Below, piece after piece: positions 15,830 to 31,845 of a DNA stretch of 64,000 bases. Both the position numbers and the translations under genes were made by a program. A model generated the notes under the pieces. It had not been told where the DNA came from. It searched no databases and saw only the letters and a program-made list of their open reading frames with translations. The first letter of the stretch is position 1. Each line of letters opens with the position of its first letter. Source of the DNA: Yuukianura sp. NJ FZ-2021 (lineage: Eukaryota); the NCBI GenBank assembly GCA_046563655.1, contig CM102285.1, positions 4,588,001-4,652,000 on the forward strand, written 5' to 3'.

Positions 15830-17603
15830 AAAAGTCTGAAGTGCTGTCTGAAGTGCCTGTAACTTTGTCCAGAAACTCCAGAACTGACTGGAAACCACAA
15901 AAACAATTCTCCCACCTCCTTCTCACTCGATCCCACCACTGGGAAATGCTGGGAAGTCACTGGGGAAAAAACTACCCCTTTAGCTGTCTGAAGTTGCTGT
16001 CTGAAGTGGACCCACTATTCCGCTGATTCGTCAGAAATCGCAATCGCACTGGTTAAAATTTTCGCTAGTAGGAATGTGCGAAATACCAGGAAATGACAAA
16101 ACTGAGTTCCCAGCATCTTGTTCATCATTTCCCAACACTGGGAAATGGTGGGAAGTGTCTGGGGAAAAAACTACCTCTTTATTTTGGGGGTGGGAGGAAG
16201 TCTGAAGTGGGAATAACTTTGGCTAGAAAGGTGGGAAATGCTGGAAAACAATAAAACTGAGTTCCCAGCATCTAGCTCATTACTTCCCACTACTGGGAAA
16301 TGGTGGGAAGTGACTAGGAAAGAAACTACCTCTTTATTTTGGGGGTGGGAGGAAAACTCTGAAGTAGGAATAACTTTGGCTAGGAAGGTGGGAAATGCTG
16401 GGAAATGACAAAACTGAGTTCCCAGCATCTAGTTCATCAGTTCCCACTACTGGGAAATGGTGGGAAGTGACTAGGGGAGAAACTACCTCCTTATTGTGGG
16501 GGGTGGGAGGAAAACTCTGAAGTAGGAATAACTTTGGCTAGGAACGTGGGAAATGCTGGGAAATCACAAAACTGAGTTCCCAGCATCTAGCTCATTACTT
16601 CCCACTACTGGGAAATGGTGGGAAGTGACTAGGGGAGAAACTACCTCCTTATTGTGGGGGGTGGGAGGAAAACTCTGAAGTAGGAATAACTTTGGCTAGG
16701 AAGGTGGGAAATGCTGGGAAATGACAAAACTGAGTTCCCAGCATCTAGTTCATCAGTTCCCACTACTGGGAAATGGTGGGAAGTGACTAGGGGAGAAACT
16801 ACCTCCTTATTGTGGGGGGTGGGAGGAAAACTCTGAAGTAGGAATAACTTTGGCTAGGAACGTGGGAAATGCTGGAAAATGACAAAACTGAGTTCCCAGC
16901 ATCTAGTTCATTACTTCCTACTACTGGGAAATGGTGGGAAGTGACCAGGGAAGAAGCTACCTCTTTATTTTGGGGGTGGGAGGAAAACTCTGAAGTTGGA
17001 ATAACTTTGGCCAGAGAAGTGGGAAATGCTGGGAAATGACAAAAATGAGTTCCCAGCATCTGCTTCATTAGTTCCCACTACTGGGAAATGGTGGGAAGTG
17101 ACTAGGGGAGAAACTACCTCCTTATTGTGGGGGGTGGGGCAAAACTCTGAAGTTGGAATAACTTTGGCTAGAAAGGTGGGAAATGCTGGGAAATCACAAA
17201 AATAAGTTCCCAGCATCTAGCTCATTAGTTCCCACTATTGGGAAATGGTGGGAAGTCTCTTGGGAAAAAACTGCCTCTTTATTGGTAGGGTGAGGGGATA
17301 CTTTTTTACTGTCTGAAGTTGTAATAACTTTAGCCAGAGAAGTGTGAAATGCTGGGAAATGACAAAAATGAGTTCCCAGCATCTGCTTCATTAGTTCCCA
17401 CTACTGGGAAATGGTGGGAAGTGACTAGGGGAGAAACTACCTCTTCATTTTGGGGGTGGGAGGAAAACTCTGAAGTTGGAGTAACTCTGGCTAAGGAAGT
17501 GGGAAATGCTGGAAAACAATAAAACTGAGTTACCAGCATCTAGCTCATTACTTCCCACTACTGGGAAATGGTGGGAAGTGACTAGGAAAGAAACTACCTC
17601 TTC
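15830..17603. repeat. 158-bp tandem satellite, ~11 copies, G-tract rich
   Basis: The marker ctagga(a)g recurs at 16381, 16539, 16697 and 16855 (period 158). Recurrent ctgggaaatggtgggaagtg and ttcccagcatctag motifs. Monomers are degenerate at both ends. Confidence 0.95.
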
Positions 17604-17699
17604 AGTGGCGGTTTCGGTGCTTACTACATAGAAGACCAAAAGGGCCATTCGCAACTTTCTATTTCCGACTCGGAAATTTTGAGTGAAATTTGACTTGTA

Positions 17700-17960
17700 C
17701 TGTTTTCCGGTTTCCAGCCTTCCCAGCTTCTGAAGAGAAACAGCGGATTCGTCTTCCAGTCTTCCGATTTCCGGCTTCCAGAGAATGTTTCGTCTTCCAG
17801 GCTTCTAACTTCCGGCTTTTAGAGAATGTTCTGCCTTCGAGGCTTCCAATCTCCGGGTTCAAAGGAATATCTTGTTTTCCGGGCTTCCGGACCCCGGCTT
17901 CAAGAGAATATTTTCTCTTCCAGGCTACCGTCTTCAAAACTTCCGGAAGCTGGAAGACGC
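17700..17960. repeat. Degenerate TTCCGG/TTCCAG-rich low-complexity minisatellite
   Basis: Dense recurrence of cttccgg, cttccag and agagaatgtt motifs. Confidence 0.55.
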
Positions 17961-20090
17961 CTTCATTGGAAGAGTCTTCGCGAAGACACTACATCACTGA
18001 GTGCGAAATAAACGATGGCGTTGAAGAAACCAGGAATTAAAAAATTATGTAATCCGACTACATTGTTTCCTTGTTAACTTACTTCCGCAGAACCTTGTTT
18101 CTTCATCACCACACAATCTTGTTAGTTCACCTTGCAGAACTTACTTTGCTCATTGCAGATAAACACATTAGGATATTAACACAAAACTACCATCCCTTTA
18201 GCTATCATTACCGTATTTTCTGGCAGATAACCTTTGGACTTTCTGTGAAATTTTAATTTGGGATGAGCGAATTTTTGGTCTGCAAAACCTCATCATCACA
18301 TAACCTCATTATTTTACTCGCGTAAAACCATATTTTTTGTTAAAAAACATCATCCTCCACATGCATGATCGGGGTTCACGCAGACACGTTCACTCTTTTT
18401 AGTAGTTAGTTGGAGCACTAACTGCAAAAAGAGTGCGTATTCTCAAGTCGAAAATTCAAATCACATAAAGATTCAAACGTGCCTACTGTTTACTGGATTA
18501 GTTTCAATTTGAGGTTTTAAAACTTCTCAAGCTCCACATTTTTATTTCCAATTTATCAAAAATTTTTGATCTAAACTATTACACAATTTGTTTCCACAAC
18601 ACCTCCACGCACTTTGGGATTAACATCAAAACGTTGCCACAAACATGTCATGTTTCGGTGGGCTCTATTTAAGTGTTAATACCAGACGTGTGAAAAGAAA
18701 GATAAATCTTTTTGGGGACTTCTTTGTCTTTAATAAGTTTTAAAGTCTTTAAAAATTTTGAAAAACTCTTTTTGCTATAAAAACTTTTTCCTCTCTTTTT
18801 TTAACGAAAATCAGGTAAAAACAGGAAAGAGTCAAAAAATGCAATTTTAGCAGAAATTTCCACGATTTTTTGTTAGTCTTCCAGAATTGGGCGAAAATAT
18901 TAATTTCAAAACGGTGGGGTGAAAATTTAGTCAAAATTTTATAACATATGTCTCATATTAACATCATCTTTGATATGCATTAGATATTCAGTGACGGTTC
19001 GTCCAGTGAATATCTAGTGGATAATATATTTCATCCGGTTTTATCCGGAAGAAATGGCTGGATAAAATGGATATAAGTAGATACTTCCACTTATTTTGAT
19101 GCAAGTGGAAGAAATACTTTATCCATCTAGCAAAAATGGTGTTTAGGAACAAAAGTTACGCTTAGTTTAACTATTTTTCCAATAACACATACAAATCTTT
19201 TATTGTATTTGGTTGATTCTAGGATTCTTACGTTTTTAGAGTTGCTTTTCTAGCCATTTTTAAGAACATTTTTAGAACTTATTTGAGCAATTCTTTAAGG
19301 ATTTTTAAGATTTTAAAATAAGGATTTTTGGAATTTTCTTTTCACAGGTCTGTTTATTACGAAATCTAAACAACAGAGCACGTTCAGCTACACAAATTAT
19401 ACTTGGACATTTTCAATGTAACGTTAGGTATTCGCTTCCAAAGACTTACGTACACCAGTCCATCTTAATTAATGTTCGTCTAAAAATGCTCCGGATGCTT
19501 AAACACTTGAATATGAAAGTTTACTTTATGCTCATGGAAAAATTGATGGGAGACATTTTTTGTCGAACCGCCTCTTCTTCATTTGAAGAAGCCCCTCTTA
19601 TCTCAGGTGAATTTTCAGTAATTCAATTACACAACAAAATTTGGATGTCAGTTCAGTTACTAAGAAACTAATTACCTCCAACAGTCGTTTATATGTTAAG
19701 GATGTTTACGGTGTACTACTCAAATCTCTATTTCATTTTCACCTTGAATCGGCGGCTGATTAAAATCCTAATCAAATTAGCAAACAACATAGGTTGATTT
19801 GCTGGTTCTGGACTACATTTGACATCACATCCGGAAAGAACAATAGGAAAATTAGATCAACTGGTTTTAGATTAGATTAAAGCTACTTCCAGAGGTTTAA
19901 GGGGTTAAAGGTGTAATCCTAGCAAATAAAGTCCAAATTTCCGGTTTTTGCTCCTGTCCAAACTTCAATCCTTTCGCCTGATTTGACTTTTTAATTAAAA
20001 TAATAAAAAAAAATATGTAAAAATATTTAATTTCTCTCCTGAACAGTCTTTTTTTTATTTTTCCTGGAACGTCATTCCTTGCGTTGTTGA

Positions 20091-21889
20091 TCAATAAATC
20101 ATTCCCGGGTGAAAGTCTGCTTTATAAAAATATACATTTGGATTCAATGCGGAGAAAGTTGGTGCATCAAAGCTTCCGTATGGATTTGGACTCTCTGGAA
20201 CAAAAAGTACAAAGCATTTGGTATTTTTTGTTGTGCGTGAAGTGATTCTTTGCATGAAAAACTTGAAACACATTTACAAACATACCTATTCCTTTCATGT
20301 AGAATTTCATTGGGTCGACTTGGAAAAATGACGGAGAGTATTCGTCTTCTTGATTTTCTGCCAATAGTTTACCTCCGGCTAAAGTAGCTAACTGGCGGCC
20401 CTGTTTAAATTTTGAAATAAGTTTTCAAATTTTCAAATAAAATTCTAAAATCAAGATAAAGTTTCAAAATTCGTTTGTGAAGAATTGTTTTGTACTGACC
20501 TTTGGCATAAATATGATTAGAAATGTAAAAAGACTTTGAGCTTGACATCCAAAAGCTACACATGCATCCAAATGCCTTTCCTAAAGAATCACCAAAAAAT
20601 TGACTTTGACTGATGACATCAACGTGTAACTTTGCACTTACGTGTAAGATACAAGCGGCTAATATCCAACAAACCCAGACCGGAATTGTAGCTAAAACTG
20701 CAAATCCGATGAATGTCGCTTCGCCATAATTCTCTTGGATTTTTCTAATTCGAATGGCCATAAATCCAACAAACACAATGAGAAAGAGGTTATATGAGAT
20801 CATTGGCAATAGCATTTGATTGAATCCAACGTCGCATTCAGACCAGAGTGATTCAAATTCGGTGGACACGTTCACCTGTACAAAAAAAAATATGTAGAAT
20901 AATTACTAATCAGCACAGATTATTTAGATTTTATTTTTTAAGTTGTCGTATGAAACACACATTGCTCCACCAGTAAGTTTTTATGTTGAACTTTGCGTTT
21001 TAGTGGGTAGACTTTTTTAAAATAAATTCCAGCTCAGCGTCGCCTTTTTTTCTTTCATTTACTCCAAAACAGAGCAATAAAATGGCTTTACCTGACTGAT
21101 GCTGGGAGGAAATATAAGAGATGATTCAGTGCTAATGGCCACTTGGACGAGGACGGAGAAGAAAAGAAGAACAGCTTGATACGTCATAGTTAAATTATTT
21201 CCAGAATCCAAACTGATTAAAAAGATGGCTTTCACCAACAAAACGGAAAAAATCATTGCATACGATACACTGATTCCAATGGTTCCGAGAAAGCAGTTCA
21301 CATATCCCGGACTCACTACAAATATAAGTGAGAATCCAGAACAGGATGCTAGTCCTAGAAGAAGAAACTGACCGAGGAACAGTGGATTTTGACCGCGTGA
21401 TTGGCACAGGACGTAAACCTCGAAGAAAGCTATTAGGCAGAGATTTAGAAGAACAAAAGATATTAGAGGAATTGCCCAAATTTCGCGTCGCACGTAACCC
21501 CCAAACATGTAGTTGAAGTTAATAGCGTCTTCGTTAGGTACAGCATCATTTGATGTATTTTTTCTTGAGCTCGAGTATATGTCTTCATTTGATAAACCTT
21601 CCTCGGTAAGTTCCTGAATGCGTGCGGTTGACGTTCCTATCACTCCATAATTCGATTCATCGTCTTCGTTTGTCTTTTCCCGCCTTTCCGCTGCAGAATA
21701 CTTATCCACTTGAGTCTCAGGAGTCGCTGTGACATGCAATGTAGATGTCCGGTTCCTCAGAGCTTCCCGATGCACAGGAAGTAATTGAATTAAAGGAAAT
21801 GGGTTTTCGTTATGAAATCCAGCCATCTCCAGTCCGTGAGTGAGCGTGCATAGTATGTGAGTGAGAAACACTAAACTCGTACCAAGCAT
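20091..21889 (-). CDS. Class C orphan GPCR with short ectodomain, copy 2
   Basis: Same exon structure as 2996-4789. Several amino-acid differences (e.g. FNPMLWP vs FNQMLLP) and no disabling lesion seen. Confidence 0.87.
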
Positions 21890-24687
21890 CTGGAAAATAA
21901 AAATAATTCAACAGTATATAATATGTATTAAATACTGTGTAAAACTTGGTATTACAGTTTTCCCTTTCGAAAAGGAAAAGCGTAGGGGTCTCGAGACGAC
22001 GAAAGCGTTCAGAATTGCAATAAGGAAATCAATGAATTGGGTATAGAGTTCTTTCTACGTGGCGAGTGACGTCTAAGTGACACACTCAAAGTGGATAGGA
22101 AAGTTTTGTCACGGTCTGATTCTACGTTGTGTCCAAAGATTGGTATCGTAGTTGTGTTGAATATATTTACTTGTATCTGAGCATGTGCTGATTTTTCTAA
22201 CTTCAACGTTTTGCGTAAATATGAAACCTTGCTTAGGTCGATATTGTAATTTATTCCACACTCCAGTGGGTCGACAAAAACAGCATGAGATTTCCCTTTG
22301 TTCTTTTCTCATATAAAATCAAGATTTCCAAGATAAAGTTTTAAGAGTGACAAGAACATTCATTAAAACTGGATTAAAGTTCGTGGTACTTGACCTAACC
22401 TTTCGAAAACAAACAAGTAGTAGTAACCCTAGAGGAGAAATTTTTGAAATCCACCTTTCCCTTGGATCCCAACAAGAATTGTTTCTAGGAATCTTAAAAT
22501 CTTACACGCTTCGACTCACAAAGCAAACAAGTTTAACATATTCTCATTACGGGAACATTTCCATTTTTGACTTTAACTGGTTATAATGATACTTCCTGTT
22601 AAGAAAAATTTACTTGCTCTATTCTTTTGATGTTAGAGAAGCATTCATTTTTACATCTTGTGTGCGTCCTAAAAATCGTGTTTGACCTATGCAGAACCAT
22701 TAAAAATTCTAAAGTAATTGCATTTTACTTTCGTATGAAATCAGTTGCAATAAATTACAAATTCGTCGTTGAAATTCTGTAATAACTAAATAAATTACTG
22801 ATGATTTGGGAGCTTAGAAGAATGAGAAAAACCTAAACTTGTATATGTTGTTATTTAAAAGAACGTTTGTCGGTTCTGACGGTATAACGAAAGAGAATGT
22901 CAATGTAATGTGGAAATACCTTTGTTGGTTTCAATTATTTCTCCTAACTGTTGATATCACATTTCTGTTACCGTTTTCCCAGACCATGCGCACTTGTAAT
23001 TATGTTCTAGTTAAATGCTTTTAGTGCAGAGAATGAATGTGGCATTTGATCACCAAACCTGGACTTGAAACTGTAAAATTCTTGCAGTGCGGGCTCCGTT
23101 GTTTTTGAGTTGTGATGATGCCAAAGACTAGGATGCAACTGAAGAGGTTGAATTTAAGTGGAATCAAGGTAGAAGGAAAAGGAAGTTATTGTTTTAATTT
23201 ACGAATTCGACACTCCGGTTGAGGGATTTAGAATAATGGGATTTGAGAAGGGAGTGTAGATGCGAGCCGTAGCGATATTTTGGCTCTGCCCATTTATTTT
23301 TGTACTTTTGGGTACAACTATAATGGAAGCACAGTAAAACACTTAAACCATGATCTTACCCCGTAAATCAAATCGTTGTTAGTAGTGCGTAGCGTTTTTT
23401 GTGGCGACCAAGTCATCTTTCACGCCCAAAACATCTTTGGACTCGTACTCAAGAATGAGTATTGCTTCGAGCCAGGCGTAGTAAATGTGCTTGTAAGATT
23501 ATTCTCAAAACAGCAAAACCTTTAAGTCCTTCCGGATTAAAACGTTATTCCTCTTAACTTTGCTGTCAGCGTGTCACATATGTGACAAAAATAATTATGA
23601 AAGTTTGAATTGCTACAAGTCCAGCAGTCGCTAGTTTGCGCCCTTAAGTTCTAAATTAAATTTTAACCGGGTTAAAATTTCAGTTAAAATGAAGTAGCTG
23701 AATTTGAAAGGCTTGGATGGTCAAAATTGGCATCGTATATGAGGGCGGAAACCATTTACAAAGCCGTTTTGTTTTGGATTTGGTCCATAAATTAATTATG
23801 TTGCGTCCACTATTAGCAGTTCCCTACTAGTTCTGGTATTCAGTCCAACGTATCTGGGTTTTTTATTACTATGAAAAGTGTTTAAGTTAATGGCAAATCT
23901 TTTACTGTTCGGATTTTGTCAAAAAGAGTCAAATTTCTTGCATTTCGGAAGTCAACTGTAACAAAGTCGGTTTAATAAAAACAATTTTGTTACTGAACTT
24001 TTAGTAACTAACTTATTATACTATAGTTTGATTTCCAAAGTCTTTTGATATTCAATGCAACCGGGCAATGCTAGTTGGAAAATCTAGCTTGTAAAAAGAA
24101 GCAGTGAAAATCAATTTCCATTTCAAACTGGAGGAGTTAAAGCTTGCGATTTCCGTAAAATAGCAAAAAAGAAAAGATTTTCTGAAATTGAAAATTGCGT
24201 TAAACACGACAAACCATTACACGTCACTTCAAAATTGCTGTCGTTTTATCTCTAGAATTGCTTTAGGTTGTCGGGATTTTGCGCATTTAAAATACTTAAT
24301 TGCCAGCGTGATTAGTGGGCTAAGCATGTGCTCAACACGTATTATTGTCTAATTTTGTTAATATCGCTCGTGGACACTTAACTTGATCAGAATCTCTTCC
24401 ACAATGCATTTGTGTCACATTTTCAGGAATTTTGCGTCAAAAATAGACTTAAGTGGCAGAATTTGAGATTGTTGTTTCGAATTTGAGGGTAAAATGCCAC
24501 GCGTCGGTTCATGTCTGATTACGACGAGTAGTTTTATCGATATCACTAAATTCAAAATTGCAAATATATATCAATTTTAGGTATTTAAATAGCCGTAATT
24601 TCTAAATAAGGCACCAGTTGCTTCCAAAATTGTTGTAAAATTGCTAAGCGCTCACGAAATAGTAAAGGAACAAAAAAAAGAGCTGCA

Positions 24688-27023
<2,336 letters not shown>

Positions 27024-29049
27024 ACGATTCACACAAAACCATCATCAGAAAGTACAAAAATGGAAGCGGACAATATTTTAACACTGAGATACATAATACA
27101 ACGCAAAATATAAAATAAAGAATGCTGGGAATTCAAAATTGTAAATTCTTTTCCTGAACTTATTCTGCATTCAAGGTGACTTAAGCTGCGGCTTTAGTAA
27201 ACAAAAAAGGAAAAAATTTCTAAATTTTCCTAAACTTTCTGAAAATCTCACAACCATAAAAAATCATTCGGATATTTGGTGACTTCAAGTAAATCCCGGA
27301 AAGGCGGATGTGTGGTTCGCAAATTTCAAGGCTATACTTAAAATTTGGGAAAGCTCTTCCTTCACCCTCATACTTATGTCAAAAACGTATTATCCATTGA
27401 GTTAAAGACAGAATTTGCCAAAATTTTGTTCCGGCTCAGTTCATTGTTCGTCAATTCAAAAACAATACAAATGGAGTTCCAGCTGAATCCCATGGCGGTA
27501 TTGCCCATTTTGTTATTGCTTGTTACAACTCCATGTTTTACAACTCAGCAATCATCATTATTGTCTGGTAAAAAGAAATTCAAGTAAATCTCATTTTGGG
27601 GATTTTTAGTTTATTCAATTTGCTGTAAATTAATTCAGCTCAAGCTTCTCCTAATTCGGAAAGCAAAAAAGAAAGAATCTTGCTTGGATACCTTCCAGCA
27701 GTTCGCGGAACAGTTCCTGGAAGACAAGGAATTGATATCTCTGGAGCCATTACATTAGCGATTGAGCGCATCAACAACCGGAGTGACCTCTTGCCAAACG
27801 TTGAGCTAGACCTTATTTGGGGAGATACTGAGGTAGACAGTAAATTAATAATTCGTAAAACACGGCCTTATGAAGACTGATTTTACAGGGCGATACACTC
27901 AAAGGAACTGAAATCCTTGTTAACATGGTAAGGAGTGTTGCCGTTGATGGAATATTTTCTTCAAACAGTAATAAACTGTGTATATAAAAACAACTGGTAA
28001 AGTTGCATAACGCGCAGGACAGCAAAGTCTTTTGTTGCAGCACCAAAACTTTTGTATTTCAGCTTATTAATGATACGGCAGCATTCTTTGGCCCCGAATC
28101 TTCTTGTTCCGCGGAGGCTACAGTGGCTGGCGCTGTGAATCGAGCTATGATCTCCTACGTAAGTTACAAACACTAACTGAATCAGAGCGGTTAAAATTTG
28201 ATTACACAACGCAAATTCATCATTGTAGGACCAAATGTACTCGGGCTGTACAGGCACTTATATTAAATTTTCATAAGCTAAATGAGTGTCATCAATAATA
28301 TCTCTCTTGTTTTTTGTTGTTTTTTGTTCGAAAAAGTTCTGTGCAGATGGGAGTCTTTCGGATAAAGAACGATACCCTACGTTTGTGAGAACAGCATCAC
28401 CGGATACTCAAATTGTACAATCAGTTTTATCACTGCTATCCCACTACAACTGGAAAATATTTCAAATTATTCTGCAGTCTTCTCATCGTAGTCGTTTTGC
28501 CACAGTAGCATCGCGACTATTTGAGTATGCTTTGAAAGAAGAAATGAAACCAAACCCAGTAATGGAGTTCAACGACGAACACCATTCCGCTTACTGGTTT
28601 GAAATTGTTAATACAACATGGACACAAACACGAAGTAAGATCCAAATTCATGCAACGTTTTTAGATTAAGTATTCAATTTATACGCGGTAAATAATATTA
28701 TGTAGTAACTGTTTATTAGAAAGTATACGCTTGTATTAATTCGAAACTTATTTCTATGACTTGATCTAATGCGGATTCTATGATTTCAGTTTACGTTTTC
28801 ATTGGCGAACATAGAAATTTGGTGGAAATGATGAGTACAATGGGGAGTCTAAAAATGTTCGACAGTGGAGAATATTTGGTCATCTACATAGATTTGGAAA
28901 CATACAGTTCCCGTGTAGCGATGAAGTATCTCTGGCGTAAGATCTTCACATAGGTAGTTGATTACTAGATTAGTATTACTTACTGAATAATGATGGTGGG
29001 TAACAAACGGCATGTCTCATAACACAAAATATATCAACCGTTTGTAAAT

Positions 29050-29402
29050 AAGTAGCGAAAGACGGACGCATGGACAATGCACCCAGCCCCCTTTTGAGCG
29101 TCGTAGTAACTTTGGGCAATCGCATTGCCCTATGGACAGTAGTAGTGCATTACAGCAAACCATTATGACATGGGTAAGAAAAACTTTTTAAGAAAAAAAC
29201 TTTTACTGAGGGTATTCTCTCCGGAAATGAAAGCGGTTAAACTTTTACCTGGAGCGAGTTGACAATAAATAGTGAACAGCCCTGTGTCATCCGATGCAAA
29301 TGAATCCCTTAGATATTGAGCCGCTTCCGAGATAATTGGCGCCATCGAACGGACGTTCAGAGAGACAGATAGACAAGGGTGATACTTTAGCTTTCGCTAC
29401 TT
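29050..29402. mobile_element. Copy-2 counterpart of the intronic non-autonomous element
   Basis: Same 12-bp inverted repeats and internal sequence as 11933-12284. Confidence 0.6.
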
Positions 29403-31549
29403 GTTAAGTTACAGTTTGATACAAATTAACTTTTTCTGCACTTACTGGACACCAAAAATTGACCATCTAGATTCTTGTTACACAAAATATAAAATGTTAT
29501 ATTGTATTAAGTTTCGATTTTTATTCTACAGGTTTAAACGACTTTGGCTCAGTTTCCCACTGTCGCGATTTGACACACTACACTGCACAAATTGCACGAA
29601 GTCTATTGGTTGTAGCTCCATCTCCAGTTGCATACAGTTATCGCGAATTCTCGAACGCGGTGACTACATTTAACTCGAAACCACCGTTTAATTTTATGAA
29701 TTCACTTCTTGGACCAAAGTATCGAAAATTTGTAAGTGCAGGTATTAGGACGACACCACTTCTGATTCTAGCTACGCATAACGCTGAAAACTAAGTTGCT
29801 AAGTTCCTTTAGCTTAACTTCAAATAGAATGTTTAGAATAATATGTATGTTTTTCAGAGGGATCTCTGGGTGCATTAGGCACAAAGAGATGTTTAGAATA
29901 AAGTTTACCAGCAGTTCTAGACGGAATACTTTACAAAATAAGTTATGGGGGACAGTTTATGGCAATCCAAACCCAAAAAAGCAATAAGTCATGTAACAGT
30001 CAAACACTTTGTGCAGGTATCCATTTATGCTGCCAATTTATATGACTCTGTCTTCATTTACGCAAAGGCTCTGGATGCTCTTTGGTTGAAATCAAATGGA
30101 ACTGAAAATATTCAGGAACTAGCGAGAGATGGACGCGCCATTTTCAAATCCATAATTAAAATGAAATCTTACGAAAGTAATTGGGCAGAAAAATATTCAA
30201 CGTAAAAACACTTTTAAGGTATTGTACATTTATGTTTTCTTTTCAAGGCATTTCGGGAGCTGGAATTTCAATTGACGAGAATGGAGATTCTGGGGGAAAC
30301 TACACGGTCATTGCATACACAGAACAGATCTATGAATCCGGCCATTTTACTTGCGATTATGGAATGTTCCCGGTAGCCAACTTTCACCAGTCCGATGAAA
30401 TAAATTCCCTTCCGGTATGTTATGCTCTTCTTTCAGACGAACTCTAGTGTAAACTTTTCAGTTTGATACCTTGTGTCGAATGGACGTGAACCTTAATCTA
30501 AACTTAACCTAACATAACCTAACGTAACATATTTTTTTTACTTTTGTGAAATGTTAAGGAAATCCAGTTTTTTTCTGGAAAGAAAATTGAGTGGGACCAA
30601 CCCCCAGCAGATTCTCCTAAATGTGGATTCCACTATGAGGACTGGACTGTCAGACAGCGGATACTATTTGGCGTGTCCGGATAATAGCAGCCTTGCTTGC
30701 CATCATTTTGCTACTGTTGTTGTCTACATGTCTATTTCTAAGGTACAAGGTATGTATACAAGAAGTAATACAAGTCCTTACATAATGCCAAATTATTAAC
30801 CTTCCCAATAACAATACAACTACGTGGACATTCTGGGCGAAAATATAAACATTTTGAATATATTTCAGAGGATCCAAAATATTCCGAGGCTCACTAGTGA
30901 GGAAATTCGAGAATTCAAACATGGAAACAAAAGTGAATACAGTTCTGAGTTGGAACACTTCACATACAATCAACCTTATGACAACTCTTTTGAAATTGAA
31001 TCTCACGCGTTCTTAGTAGGTAAATCTGAAAACACAAGAAAAAACATTTTTTTTTATAAGCGAAGCTACATTAACATAATGTTTTTAAAGATCATGATGC
31101 TATGTTGGGCCAAGGGCAATTTGGAATTGTGTACAAAGGCACGGTGAAAGTTGGCAACTCGCTAGAACCTGTAGCTTTCAAAACTGTAAAGTGTGAGGAC
31201 ACGACTAACTTAAAAAGTCTTTTATCGGAACTGAAGTTGATGATTTATATTGGACAACATCCGAATATTCTTCGGTTGATGGGTGCATACACTCGAAAAT
31301 TAAATAGAGGAATTGCTTATGTCGGACTTGAATTTTGTGAACACGGAAGTTTAGAGCGTTTCCTCCGCCATAACCAACACTTGCATACGGCTGAAAGTAC
31401 GGGAAATTTGTAAGCATTGAGTAAATCAAATTTCTATTTGTTACACATATATAAAGACTAAAAGTAAGATAAGTCCGTACAGACAAACAGACAGACACAC
31501 TGACAAGTCTTCACAAAGTAAAATTAGTAGTTTTTCCACCAGTAATACT

Positions 31550-31845
31550 GTACGAGGTGGTACAGGTGTATACCTAGTGTGCACATAGTGTATACATAGG
31601 GTATACACAGTGTATACCTAGGGTATACACAGTGTACACCGAATGTATACATAGCGTATAACTAGTCTATACATAGTGTATACCAATTGGATATCGAGCG
31701 CATACATAGTGTATACCGAGTCTATACCGATTCTATACATAGTGTGGTGTATACCTAGTGTATGCATAGTCTATACATACCAAATACCTAGTGTACACAT
31801 AGTGAGTACATAGTGTGTAGTATAGTGTATACCTAGCTGGTACCT
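31550..31845. repeat. Intronic (TAGTGTATAC)n-like minisatellite
   Basis: Many degenerate tagtgtatac(a/c) units. The homologous copy-1 tract (~14425-14480) is far shorter. Confidence 0.8.

Noticed and set aside
15742..18040. Many 60-116-aa ORFs on both strands
   Set aside because: They are translations of the 158-bp satellite and the adjacent low-complexity repeat; the period is not a multiple of 3 and no protein motif is present.
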